Virus record (IMG/VR): IMGVR_UViG_3300049009_000227
Location: 1 to 30,456 of that record
Direction: 5' to 3' (one strand)
DNA length: 30,456 nucleotides
Source of the DNA: a virus
Taxonomy: Duplodnaviria; Caudoviricetes
The number at the start of each line of letters is the position of its first letter. Within the stretch, counting starts at the first letter, position 1. The position numbers and the translations under genes are program-made. Shown here one piece after another: positions 17,067-26,693 of this stretch. Below the pieces are notes generated by a model. That model ran no database searches. It saw only the letters and a program-made list of their open reading frames with translations, and was not told where the DNA came from.

Positions 17067-20000
17067 ATGGCAGACCTTTATGCACCCCAGCCTCAGTTTA
17101 TCAATGCTGAGGGGGCTGGACAAACTCAACCTCAAGAACAAGGACAAGGCATAACAGGAGATATCGAGGTTGATAAGTATCTTCAGTCTCTTCCAGAAAG
17201 CCAGCGTGAAGCGGCTCTTCAGCGTTTAACTGCACCTCCTACTGGAGAGGAATTAAACAAAAGAATTCAAAGCGGTTATAATCCTACTCTTGAAGATTTT
17301 GATACAATTGAGTCTTGGCATAAAAACCACGAAGTAAACATCATTGAAGGAATTGGTGCTGGTATTGAACAGGTAATGGGTGACTTAAGTCGTGCCGTTG
17401 GTGCTATTGCTGACCATCCCCTTGATGTCTTATCAAAGACCCCTGCCAATGTTGCAGAAGGTTTTGCTCAAGGCACAAGAAACTTCTATGGTATGGCGGC
17501 TCAATCTGCTGACCCCACCAGCAAATTATTTAGATTTAAAAACTTCCTAAGCGGAACAGGTTCTAAAGAAGACAGATATAATCAATACATGGAGGCTCTT
17601 GCTTTCAACCGTCATTCGGAAGAATTGATGACTGGCAAGACAACCTTGGTTATGGACAAAGACTCCATTAACGCTGAGGTCGTTCAAGCCGCTTCTTATA
17701 TCGCTGACCCTACTTTGTTTATTCCGTTTGGTCAAGTTGCTTCTGCTGGCATGAGAGCCGTTGGAATGGGAGAAAAGATGATGGTTGCTGGTGCTAAGGC
17801 GGCAGCAATTAAGAATGGAATTATTGGTGGAACGCTTAAATGGGGCGTTGGTGCTCCTGTTGAGTTCCTTGGTGGTGCTGTTAGAAACACTATTGATTTT
17901 GGTATTGAGCGTGGTTCTACTGCTATTGCGGCTACCACAGGTATGGCGGCTGAAGACATTGGCAAGACCCTTAAACTTAGCGGACTTCCTATGACTGCGG
18001 CTGGATTTGCTGGTCATACTATTCCGTATGTTAGTGCTATTGCTGAGACCCGTGTTGTTGCTGGTGCGGCTGGAGGTTTTGGTGAAGCCATTAGTGCTGT
18101 CGGTGAAACCATGCTGAAGAACAGACAGTTCGGGCGTGGCATTAACTCTTGGGCTAGAGAAGCCCTTGAGAATACACCTAATCTTTCTGGTCACGCTAAG
18201 GGTCTTTTAAAAGTTCTTGATGCGGTTGACCCTATGTTTACCTATGGTGCGGCTGTCACTCAAGGTGCGGCTCATGGGGCAATGATTGGCGGTACACTTG
18301 GATACCTATCTGGTGGCGAAGAAGGCTTTGCCCACGGACTTGGTGCTGGTATTGCTCTTGGTGGCGTTGGTGCTACTGCTGGTAAAGTAGTTGCTGATGT
18401 AACTAATGGCACACTCTATGAGCGTGTTGCTATCCAGCGTAAGATGGTCATTGAAGGACTTAAGACCATTGACCCAGATAAGGCTACTGCTTTTGAAGCC
18501 CTAGTTAAGAATGCTGAAGTATCTGGTGACAGGTCGTACATTGCTCATATCGATGGTATCATTGCTGGCATTGATAAGGTTGCTCCAAACTCAAAGTTCT
18601 TTATTCGCAATACGGCTGACCATGTCAACTGGCTTAAGGGCGAAGGTTACGACATCACAACAGGCAGACTTGCTGAAGCCAATGTTAAGTTCAAGGAATT
18701 AGGACAAGACCGCAGAGTCAGAGGTCGTGCTCTTGGATTCCTTTCTCAAGTTGGAGACCAGTTCGCTGGAGACCCAGATGGCTTTATGAAGCATTTGGCA
18801 TCGCTTCCTCAAGACCACGCTCTGCGTAAGGCTTTCTTTCGTCTCGATGGCGAGCAGAAGCAGGTGATGCTTGACGCTATCAAGAATCATGGAGACCCCG
18901 AATTCCTTAAGGCTAATGGAATTGAGTACGCTGACAGGGTTAACAACAAGAATTTCAAAGAGTGGCTCGATAGAAACAACGAGTACTTTGACCCTTCTAA
19001 TCCCGAAAACAACACCCCTTTATTAAGGCAACAACTTGCTGGTCTTGATTTAACAAACCCTCAAAGCGAAAGCGGAAGAAAAGGTTCTGAAATTGTTGAA
19101 AGAATTAAACACATTGAAGCGGTTAAAGAAGAATACAAGCAATGGACTGGCAAGGCTGATGCAAAGACACTAGCAGAAGCAGATGCCCACCAGCGTAAAA
19201 TCTGGGAAGGCAGAGCAAACAGACCTGTTGCTGGTGTCATTGAACCTAAGAAGGCTCGCATTGCTGGAAAGAAACTTTCTGAATACTACGGAGACATCAA
19301 CTACGCTGAGATGTCTACAGCCCGTGTTAATGACCTCTTTGCTACTGGCGATGTTGCTGGTGCTAGAAAACTCCTTGGTACATTCCTAAAGGATAACACA
19401 GGTAAAGATGGAGTGCTTAACGACAGAGGTCGTATGCTCCGTAACAAGTTGGCAACTGATGGATATTTAGATAAGGATGGCAACCTTAGACCTCGCAGAC
19501 TTAATGCTAACGATGACCAGCCTACCGCTGGAATGTACGCTGGCAACGAAGGCTTTGTTCTCAAGCGTGATGCTACTGGTGCTATTGAAGTTCACTTAAG
19601 CCTTGATAATCTCAGTAAGGATGGTGCGGCTCACGAACTCTTCCACGCTATCTTCAAGGAAAGCGTCCTTCGTCCCGACTTCATTGACCGCCTTTCTAAA
19701 GACCTCCTTGGCACATTCGACAAGGACGGAAAACTCCTCAAGGCTGGCTCTGTCAATCGCAGAGAACTCCGTGACTTTTTCAGCAGATATATCGACTTAA
19801 CCAACGACAAGTTAGAAGATTTTAAAGACGAGTCTGCCAGACTTAATAGTGCTATCCGTGAGTTTGAAGCGGCTGGCGAGGCTAAGACTATCTCTCCAGA
19901 AGCCATTGCAACCCTTCACCAGTATGTCGAAGAGTTCGGTGCTTATTACTTCCAGAACTGGCTCAAAGCACAGTCCCCCGACTTCCTTTTCAGAGGTGGT

Positions 20001-23000
20001 AAACTTGAAGGCATCCGTGGTCTGATGGATAGTGCTAAGAACGGATGGCTGGATTTCTGGGAACGCACATTCCAGTCCAAAGACCCTAAGTTCAGATTTG
20101 GTGAACTCGCTGAAGGTGAAATCGATGGCGGCTTTAAGACAGAAAGCGGTAAGCGTATCCGTGTCTCTTCTCTTGATTACTTCAATCGTGACTTCATCCG
20201 TGCAACGGCTGACACGAACAGAGGCAACTTTGACATCAATAGACTCAGCCAAGAAGGACAGGCTCAATATGTAAATGCTAACGGCATTAGAAATACCCAC
20301 AGGATTGACAATACAGGTCGTGCTGTTCGTCTAAGCAGACGAGAAGCGGCTAAGGCTAACGCTATTGCTGGCAAGGAAATCTATAAGATTCTAAAGGGCA
20401 TTAATCCTAATCGTGCTGTCGATGGTGACGGTAACTTCATCGGTAGACTTAACGATGCTGAAATGGATGCCATCGTGAAGAGCGGTCATGTCAACAGGGC
20501 TTGGGTTAACAAACTTAAGATGGCTTACGACATCCTTGACGGCAAGCAGTCTAATGTCGCTGAGTTCGGCTACCACGGAAAGACAGAGCAAATCACAGAT
20601 GCCTCCTATCCTAGACTCTTTGGAGACGATGTCTCGTTCAAGCACCGAAAGGCTATCCTGCTAGGCGTTGACTTAAAGGTCGGACAGAACGGCACATTCC
20701 ACGCTCTCTTCCACACGCTTGACAAGGCTGTCATTGAAGCCCGTGGAGACAATCTCTGGAAGGACTCTGCAATCCAAGACCTCTGGCAAGGTAACCGAGG
20801 TGCTATGGAGCAAGACTTCTTTAGATACCTTGAGAATGCTTCTAAGCCCGATTCAGACACTAGCAAGAGACCTTCTGCTGAACTCTGGACAGATGGCAAT
20901 GGTAGCAAGCGTAGAGATGCTCTGCACCAGATGCTTGGCATGGCTAAGAACGAAGGTGACGCTTACATCAACAGACCTATTGCTGAGATTCCCCTTGGAA
21001 TTCGACACAGCGTTACCACCTTTAACAACGATGGTATCTCTTCATTCCGTGTAAGCGGTACGGAGCGTTACAACTACAACCACGATAACGCATTTAAACT
21101 TTTAAGCCGTAATTGGAAACCTTCTGAGATGAAGGCTGAAAAGACTGGAACTGGTGAAATCATTACACACGCCACAGGATTCAAGTTCATTAAGAATGCT
21201 GACGGCTCTGTTAAAGCATTCACATCTGCTGGGTTAAAGATTGGCACTTTTGATAACATTGAACAAGCGGCTAAGGCTGGCGAAAAGTTCTCTAATTCCA
21301 TATACGACAATACACGGAACGCAGTTATTAAGGATAGAGAGTTCCAAGATAAACAGGCTACTCAATTCAAACCTCTTAGCAGAGAGCAAAGACTCCGTGC
21401 CATTGAATTAGGTGATGTTTTTGCTTTAGATGAAATGAAGGGTTTTGTTGGTAAACGAACACTTCTTCGTCAAACAAGAGACGAACATATCTATCAGAGA
21501 GCATTAGAAGCGGCTGAAAATCCAGAAAAACTTCTTGCTTTGGCTGAAGCCCAACTTCAAAAAAATCAGTCTGTAAGAGATGAATACAATAGTAAGATGC
21601 GTGACCTTACTATACAGGAGCAGGAATATGAAAAAGGAAAAAGTGAATTCATAGATGCTCACAACAAAAAGATTGATGAATTAAAAGCAAAGTACGGAGT
21701 TGCTCGTTCTTTTGAAGAATGGAAAACAAGTACTAAAAATGTGAATCCTCACAAAGAGTTTGTAACAACACCAGAAGGTGCATACATAAATAACTCAGAA
21801 TATAATACTTTTGAATTAAACAAAGGAATTGAATATACAAAAGAACAGTCAAGAAAAATGGCTCTTCTTCAAGCAGACGCAGAACACAAAGCACAAGTGT
21901 ATCAATATGATATGTGGGCTGAGGCTTCCTTAAAAGAAGCAAATCGTCTTATGACTGTTGAAGATGGTATTGAATTGTGGAAGAAACAAAATCACGAAGC
22001 AATTCACGACCCTATTTGGGGAGAGTTAAGTAGCCCTCTTTACGAGAATGTTTCTAAACAAGAAAAAGCAGATATGCTTGCTGGTATAGTTGAAGCAGCC
22101 GCTAACCAAAAAGATTATAGCGGTTTATTAGAGGCTCTGTTTGCTAGTGAGTACGATGATAAAATTCAAACTGGAAAGCCGTTTGTTGCTGTTACAACTC
22201 ACGGAACTGGCAAAGTTGAACTAATGCTTGCTCGCTTATATGCGGCTGATAAATTAGGTTCTCACTACGACATTCCCTCCTCTCGGATGGGTTCGTTCTC
22301 TGCTGGGTCTCAAAACACTTCTAAGGCTTATGCTAAGAGACCTCAAAGTTATAATATAAGTTTTGAAGATAGACTTATTGAAGTTTCAAATCTTGGTGAA
22401 AAAGAAAGAAAACTTGTTGAAAAGTACAATCAAGAAATAGTTAATACATTAAATGATGAGTGGGCTAAAGGAAACGCAGAATACCACGACATAATTAAAA
22501 CTTATGGTAATAAGATTTTCTCTTCTTGGACTAAGAAAGTAGAAATAACACCAGAAGTAGTTGAACGATATCAGCAACTTGTTGCTCAAGGTTATGGAGA
22601 GCCTTTAGAAAAGTTTGTTCCTAGTCAGATTAACGAGTTCCATAAGATGGCTTCTCTTGATATGGTTGATGCGGCTGGTTGGCGTATGGACTGGGCTTCT
22701 CCAGAAATAAGAAACAAATTCAAGGAAATTGATAGTCTGTATAAGCAGAATCGTCCTAATCATCCTCAAGTTGATATGCAACTTCGTAATGTTATCCGTA
22801 TGGATAATCCTTATGTTGTTGTAGACCCTCGCTCATACGAAGAACATTTTATCAGCCCTCATATGAAGCGAGCAATAGAGGCTGGTCACGATGGAATTAT
22901 CTTCAAGCGATTTGCTGATGGTGGTGAGCGTGACAATGTTTTTGTTGTCTTCAAAGACTTCATGGCTGACAACATCAAGGTCATCGATACTTCGTTTGAT

Positions 23001-25646
23001 GGAGAGCAAGTCCCCCGTGGCTCAGATGAAACTGGGCGTGTGCTTAAAGGAGGCAAAGAACTTAAGTTAAACTTCAAACCTGTTGAATGGAACAAGGACT
23101 TATACAATAGCAACGGAGGATTTGCCAAGGCTCTCAAAGAAGGCAGAATTGTGTACGGAAATGTTCAAGACCTATCTGACAAAACTGCTGTTACTATCAA
23201 TCCAGATAACAGCCTAGTTGGAGTTATCTCTGCTGACGGAAAAGAAATCTTTAAGGGTCAAGGAGGTGTGTTCTACTCCACAGCCAATGATGCTAACGCT
23301 GGTCTTTGGGCAAGCAACAAAGGTGCGGCTAGTAAACTTGCTTCATACATCAACAACGCCATAGATTTGGACATCAAAAGAAATGGTATGCTTCCAGACG
23401 GAAAGGTTAATCCCGATTACAAGCCGACTGTATACATTACTCTGGCTAAATCTGAAGCAGGAAAAATCCTCACATCAGAGAATGGTGCAAGAGGTGCAAT
23501 GAATGTGTTAGAAAAGATGCGTGACAATGGAATTATTCCAGATGGCGTGTTCAGAGATTCTATCATTAAGGCACTTCACTTCACGGAAAAACAAACAGGC
23601 TCGAAGATAGACATCAATAAGACGCTCGCTGGCGATGCGTTACCAGCAAGACTTCACGAACTATTCTTTGCCAGAGATGACTCTTCGTTCAAGGGAAGAG
23701 GTCATTTTGTTGATGCTTTTATCGGCAACATTGCTGAAGCGTATAAGTTCAAGGATACGATAGATAAGAAGAATCAGTTTAAGGATAAGCCTCAAGTAAT
23801 TGCAGACCTCAAGGCTACTTTTGGAGACCAGTACTCAAAGGGTTTTACTAAGAGTGGAATGATTGAAGCAATCAGCGAATTGTTCTCAGACCCTGCCCTT
23901 AAGGATGTAAAGCAGAATGATGTATATGGTGCTATCAAAATTCAGTCTAAGGTTAAGATTGATAATACATCAGCCCATGATGCTTACAGCCACGCATTAA
24001 AAACTGTTGATGCCAGCGACCACCAGTTAATCCTCTTTAAAGAACCTAGAAATGTTAGAGAGGTTATGAACACGGCTGAAGGAAAGCCCGTGCCTTCTAA
24101 GACTCCAATCTATGAAGACGGCAAGCCTAAGTTAAGCAAAAGAGGAAACGAAGTATACAAGGACTATACTGCTGACTTTGGTTTCTCCCAAGAAGGTGCT
24201 AAGGTAGTTACATACAAGAGCAAGGCTGGGATGCAGGACAGTACTGGAATGATGGCAAAGCCTAGGGAAGAAGTCATGCAGAGAGCCAAGGAAGCGGGAT
24301 ACGGAACTACTGTCTACTACCACGGAACGAACAAGGATTTCACGGAGTTCAAGTCTTCTCCTAGAAACCATTCTGTTGGAGCAAGCGAAGGCAGAGAGTC
24401 TGGAAATATGTTCTACTTGTCTTCTGACCCGCTAGATGCTGAACACTACAAGAAGGCTTGGGTTGGAGACCAAAGCAAGAACAGAGTCATAACGGCTTTT
24501 GTGAAGATGGACAACCCCTACGATGTCTCTTCAAACGCAAAGGCTATCCCGTTCACGCCAGAACAAGAAGTTATCTTAAAGAAGTACCTCGACAAATACT
24601 CTAGACACCCAGACAAGGCATATCAAATGCTGTCTATAGTCGGACAGCAAAAGCGTGGTAACAATCCCTTGTTCCAGTTATTTGAAAGAAACGAGCGAGC
24701 CGCAATGCTCAAAGAAATGGGCTATGACGGCATTAAGGACGGAAGACATATCTCTGTCTTTGATTCTGAGCAGATTAAGTCTGCCGATGACTTCACCTAC
24801 GATGACGCTGGTAAGGAGATTCCTTTGTCTGAACGCTTTGACAAGACGAAGAAGGATATCCGTTATAAGCCAGTCGAGGCTAATGAAGGTGGTCGTATCT
24901 ATGACCCAAAGAGCAAAGAGTTCAAAACCAAGTTTATTGGCAAGTGGGCTGAAGAAAACCCCGACAGGCTCAAGGGCTATAATATCGAGTTCATCGACAG
25001 AGGTGGCATGGGTGGCTATCGCAATCCTAACGCACAGAATGTCCGCATCAGAATGCAGGACAATTCCAAGAAAGGAAAGACCATAGATGTCGGTCACATC
25101 ACGGCTCAGATAGACCATAACAGCAGGGTCGCAACACTCTCTAGCAACATAGCCCCAGAATACAGAGGCAACAAGTTGTCCTATGCTCTATACAGCGAAA
25201 TGTCTGAACGCCTTCGTTCTATGGGTGTCAAATATGTAGACGGGCAGATTGTGAATCCAGAGGGTATTCCTGTTAGGGTTCGTGAAAAGGTCATTGGAGA
25301 TACTAGGATGCTTGCAAGAGATGGCTCTTACCAGTCCTCTAGACCTGTTTCTCAGAAAGAAGCCAGCACAATCATCAAGAGAAGACAAGCGATGGGAGGT
25401 CAATGGGAGGGCATTGATGTCGTTAACGAACTCGACATTAACGCTCGCTACAAACCCGCTGAAGGCTGGAGAGACTGGGCTACTGAGAAGACTACTGTCG
25501 GCTCTGTAATCAAGAACACAGTTGGATACCTTATCATCGTCAGCGGAGATAAGTTCAAGGTCTATAACCCTCAGAAGGCTATGGTAGGTATCTACACTAA
25601 CCTCGACCAAGCCAAGCGGAGAGTCCAAAGGGACGAGCCTAAGTGA
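17067..25646 (+). CDS. Giant polyvalent ejection protein: Gly-zipper region, zincin-like metallopeptidase, two ADP-ribosyltransferase-like domains, GNAT acetyltransferase, unknown domains
   Basis: 2859 aa. HELFH at aa 856-860 (nt 19632-19646) with EE at 955-956; HGT...MDNPY...G[HY]DGI...VF motifs twice (H1712, H2419); GNAT motif A-like PEYRGNKLSYALY from aa 2697. Confidence 0.85.
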   Translation: MADLYAPQPQFINAEGAGQTQPQEQGQGITGDIEVDKYLQSLPESQREAALQRLTAPPTGEELNKRIQSGYNPTLEDFDTIESWHKNHEVNIIEGIGAGIEQVMGDLSRAVGAIADHPLDVLSKTPANVAEGFAQGTRNFYGMAAQSADPTSKLFRFKNFLSGTGSKEDRYNQYMEALAFNRHSEELMTGKTTLVMDKDSINAEVVQAASYIADPTLFIPFGQVASAGMRAVGMGEKMMVAGAKAAAIKNGIIGGTLKWGVGAPVEFLGGAVRNTIDFGIERGSTAIAATTGMAAEDIGKTLKLSGLPMTAAGFAGHTIPYVSAIAETRVVAGAAGGFGEAISAVGETMLKNRQFGRGINSWAREALENTPNLSGHAKGLLKVLDAVDPMFTYGAAVTQGAAHGAMIGGTLGYLSGGEEGFAHGLGAGIALGGVGATAGKVVADVTNGTLYERVAIQRKMVIEGLKTIDPDKATAFEALVKNAEVSGDRSYIAHIDGIIAGIDKVAPNSKFFIRNTADHVNWLKGEGYDITTGRLAEANVKFKELGQDRRVRGRALGFLSQVGDQFAGDPDGFMKHLASLPQDHALRKAFFRLDGEQKQVMLDAIKNHGDPEFLKANGIEYADRVNNKNFKEWLDRNNEYFDPSNPENNTPLLRQQLAGLDLTNPQSESGRKGSEIVERIKHIEAVKEEYKQWTGKADAKTLAEADAHQRKIWEGRANRPVAGVIEPKKARIAGKKLSEYYGDINYAEMSTARVNDLFATGDVAGARKLLGTFLKDNTGKDGVLNDRGRMLRNKLATDGYLDKDGNLRPRRLNANDDQPTAGMYAGNEGFVLKRDATGAIEVHLSLDNLSKDGAAHELFHAIFKESVLRPDFIDRLSKDLLGTFDKDGKLLKAGSVNRRELRDFFSRYIDLTNDKLEDFKDESARLNSAIREFEAAGEAKTISPEAIATLHQYVEEFGAYYFQNWLKAQSPDFLFRGGKLEGIRGLMDSAKNGWLDFWERTFQSKDPKFRFGELAEGEIDGGFKTESGKRIRVSSLDYFNRDFIRATADTNRGNFDINRLSQEGQAQYVNANGIRNTHRIDNTGRAVRLSRREAAKANAIAGKEIYKILKGINPNRAVDGDGNFIGRLNDAEMDAIVKSGHVNRAWVNKLKMAYDILDGKQSNVAEFGYHGKTEQITDASYPRLFGDDVSFKHRKAILLGVDLKVGQNGTFHALFHTLDKAVIEARGDNLWKDSAIQDLWQGNRGAMEQDFFRYLENASKPDSDTSKRPSAELWTDGNGSKRRDALHQMLGMAKNEGDAYINRPIAEIPLGIRHSVTTFNNDGISSFRVSGTERYNYNHDNAFKLLSRNWKPSEMKAEKTGTGEIITHATGFKFIKNADGSVKAFTSAGLKIGTFDNIEQAAKAGEKFSNSIYDNTRNAVIKDREFQDKQATQFKPLSREQRLRAIELGDVFALDEMKGFVGKRTLLRQTRDEHIYQRALEAAENPEKLLALAEAQLQKNQSVRDEYNSKMRDLTIQEQEYEKGKSEFIDAHNKKIDELKAKYGVARSFEEWKTSTKNVNPHKEFVTTPEGAYINNSEYNTFELNKGIEYTKEQSRKMALLQADAEHKAQVYQYDMWAEASLKEANRLMTVEDGIELWKKQNHEAIHDPIWGELSSPLYENVSKQEKADMLAGIVEAAANQKDYSGLLEALFASEYDDKIQTGKPFVAVTTHGTGKVELMLARLYAADKLGSHYDIPSSRMGSFSAGSQNTSKAYAKRPQSYNISFEDRLIEVSNLGEKERKLVEKYNQEIVNTLNDEWAKGNAEYHDIIKTYGNKIFSSWTKKVEITPEVVERYQQLVAQGYGEPLEKFVPSQINEFHKMASLDMVDAAGWRMDWASPEIRNKFKEIDSLYKQNRPNHPQVDMQLRNVIRMDNPYVVVDPRSYEEHFISPHMKRAIEAGHDGIIFKRFADGGERDNVFVVFKDFMADNIKVIDTSFDGEQVPRGSDETGRVLKGGKELKLNFKPVEWNKDLYNSNGGFAKALKEGRIVYGNVQDLSDKTAVTINPDNSLVGVISADGKEIFKGQGGVFYSTANDANAGLWASNKGAASKLASYINNAIDLDIKRNGMLPDGKVNPDYKPTVYITLAKSEAGKILTSENGARGAMNVLEKMRDNGIIPDGVFRDSIIKALHFTEKQTGSKIDINKTLAGDALPARLHELFFARDDSSFKGRGHFVDAFIGNIAEAYKFKDTIDKKNQFKDKPQVIADLKATFGDQYSKGFTKSGMIEAISELFSDPALKDVKQNDVYGAIKIQSKVKIDNTSAHDAYSHALKTVDASDHQLILFKEPRNVREVMNTAEGKPVPSKTPIYEDGKPKLSKRGNEVYKDYTADFGFSQEGAKVVTYKSKAGMQDSTGMMAKPREEVMQRAKEAGYGTTVYYHGTNKDFTEFKSSPRNHSVGASEGRESGNMFYLSSDPLDAEHYKKAWVGDQSKNRVITAFVKMDNPYDVSSNAKAIPFTPEQEVILKKYLDKYSRHPDKAYQMLSIVGQQKRGNNPLFQLFERNERAAMLKEMGYDGIKDGRHISVFDSEQIKSADDFTYDDAGKEIPLSERFDKTKKDIRYKPVEANEGGRIYDPKSKEFKTKFIGKWAEENPDRLKGYNIEFIDRGGMGGYRNPNAQNVRIRMQDNSKKGKTIDVGHITAQIDHNSRVATLSSNIAPEYRGNKLSYALYSEMSERLRSMGVKYVDGQIVNPEGIPVRVREKVIGDTRMLARDGSYQSSRPVSQKEASTIIKRRQAMGGQWEGIDVVNELDINARYKPAEGWRDWATEKTTVGSVIKNTVGYLIIVSGDKFKVYNPQKAMVGIYTNLDQAKRRVQRDEPK

Positions 25647-25948
25647 GTCCTGTTGACCCTAGCATTATAGAAACAGCCGAAGACTTCAAGAAAGGCGGCT
25701 GGATAGTGGCTGTCCTAGGAGCGTTGGGTGCTGTTGCTAGATTCATAATCACAGAAGAGAAGTGGCAAGCAGTTGTTTTTGTACGCAAGGTAATCGCTGG
25801 CTCAATAGTCGGTACGCTGATTTACTTCGCCATCAACCACGCCCCTATGGATGCCATGTACAAAGGTATTATATACTCTTCTGCTGGTGCATTAGCCCCA
25901 GATATCTTTGAGTGGCTAAAGCGTAAGTTCATCAAACAAACTAAATGA
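25643..25948 (+). CDS. Probable holin
   Basis: 101 aa, GTG start overlapping previous stop; three hydrophobic segments and a basic C-terminus (WLKRKFIKQTK). Confidence 0.7.
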   Translation: MSPVDPSIIETAEDFKKGGWIVAVLGALGAVARFIITEEKWQAVVFVRKVIAGSIVGTLIYFAINHAPMDAMYKGIIYSSAGALAPDIFEWLKRKFIKQTK

Positions 25949-26652
25949 AATATACATTACTAGCATTACTTCTCTGCGGTTGTTCTACCATCTCCCAATC
26001 CCCTATTCCCGTTGAAACGAAAAACCAAGAGAAAGACAAGTACATCGACAAGGTCGAATCTATTGTCTCTGATTCCGCTTCTGCCCTTACTGCTGTCGTT
26101 CCTAACCTCGCTCAAGGAAATGTACGAGGACTTGTCGAAGCCCAAGTGACCCGCCTCTCTGGGGTGTCTAAGCCCTCCGTTACCAAGGTTGAGGAGTATA
26201 CCCGTATCTTAAAAGAAAACGACTCTAAGGCTATAGAGAAGGACAAGAAAGAGGCATCTAAGGTCGATGCTGAGACTACAGCCCTATACGCTATGGTAGA
26301 GCAGAAGGATTTTGAGATACAAGAGGCTCACGCTAGGGCTGACGCTGAGTTCAAGCAAAAGGTCTTGTGGCAGTTCAGCACCGCTGGTCTAGGACTATTT
26401 ACCGCTGGCTTGCTGGCACTTGCATTTACACCCTTCAAGAAATCCGCTGGCATTGTTATGGCTGGCGGGATGCTGGCTATGGCTTCCGCTTGGATATTCG
26501 ATACCACTTGGTTCGCTTGGATTGTGGGAGTGCCAATGGGTGTGTCTGTGATTGGAATCGCTGTCGCTATCTACAAGGACAAGTCCAATAAGAGTTCCAA
26601 GCAGGATGCTAGTAAAGAAGACAAAGGCAAAGAACCCCCAGTCCTTACCTAG
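25945..26652 (+). CDS. Lipoprotein with coiled coil and C-terminal TM helices (spanin candidate)
   Basis: Signal peptide with lipobox MKYTLLALLLCGC, helical middle region, about three hydrophobic helices near the C-terminus, Lys-rich tail; ATGA-coupled to holin. Confidence 0.65.
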   Translation: MKYTLLALLLCGCSTISQSPIPVETKNQEKDKYIDKVESIVSDSASALTAVVPNLAQGNVRGLVEAQVTRLSGVSKPSVTKVEEYTRILKENDSKAIEKDKKEASKVDAETTALYAMVEQKDFEIQEAHARADAEFKQKVLWQFSTAGLGLFTAGLLALAFTPFKKSAGIVMAGGMLAMASAWIFDTTWFAWIVGVPMGVSVIGIAVAIYKDKSNKSSKQDASKEDKGKEPPVLT

Positions 26653-26693
26653 CATACCTTCTTCAAGTTTACTTCCGATATAACTTCCGAATT

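Noticed and set aside
23650-23675. Second HExxH peptidase motif (RLHELFF)
   Set aside because: The second His is absent.
26653-26693. Bidirectional terminator between the convergent operons
   Set aside because: No stable hairpin; only a short ACTTCCGA direct repeat (26671-26678, 26683-26690) of doubtful significance.
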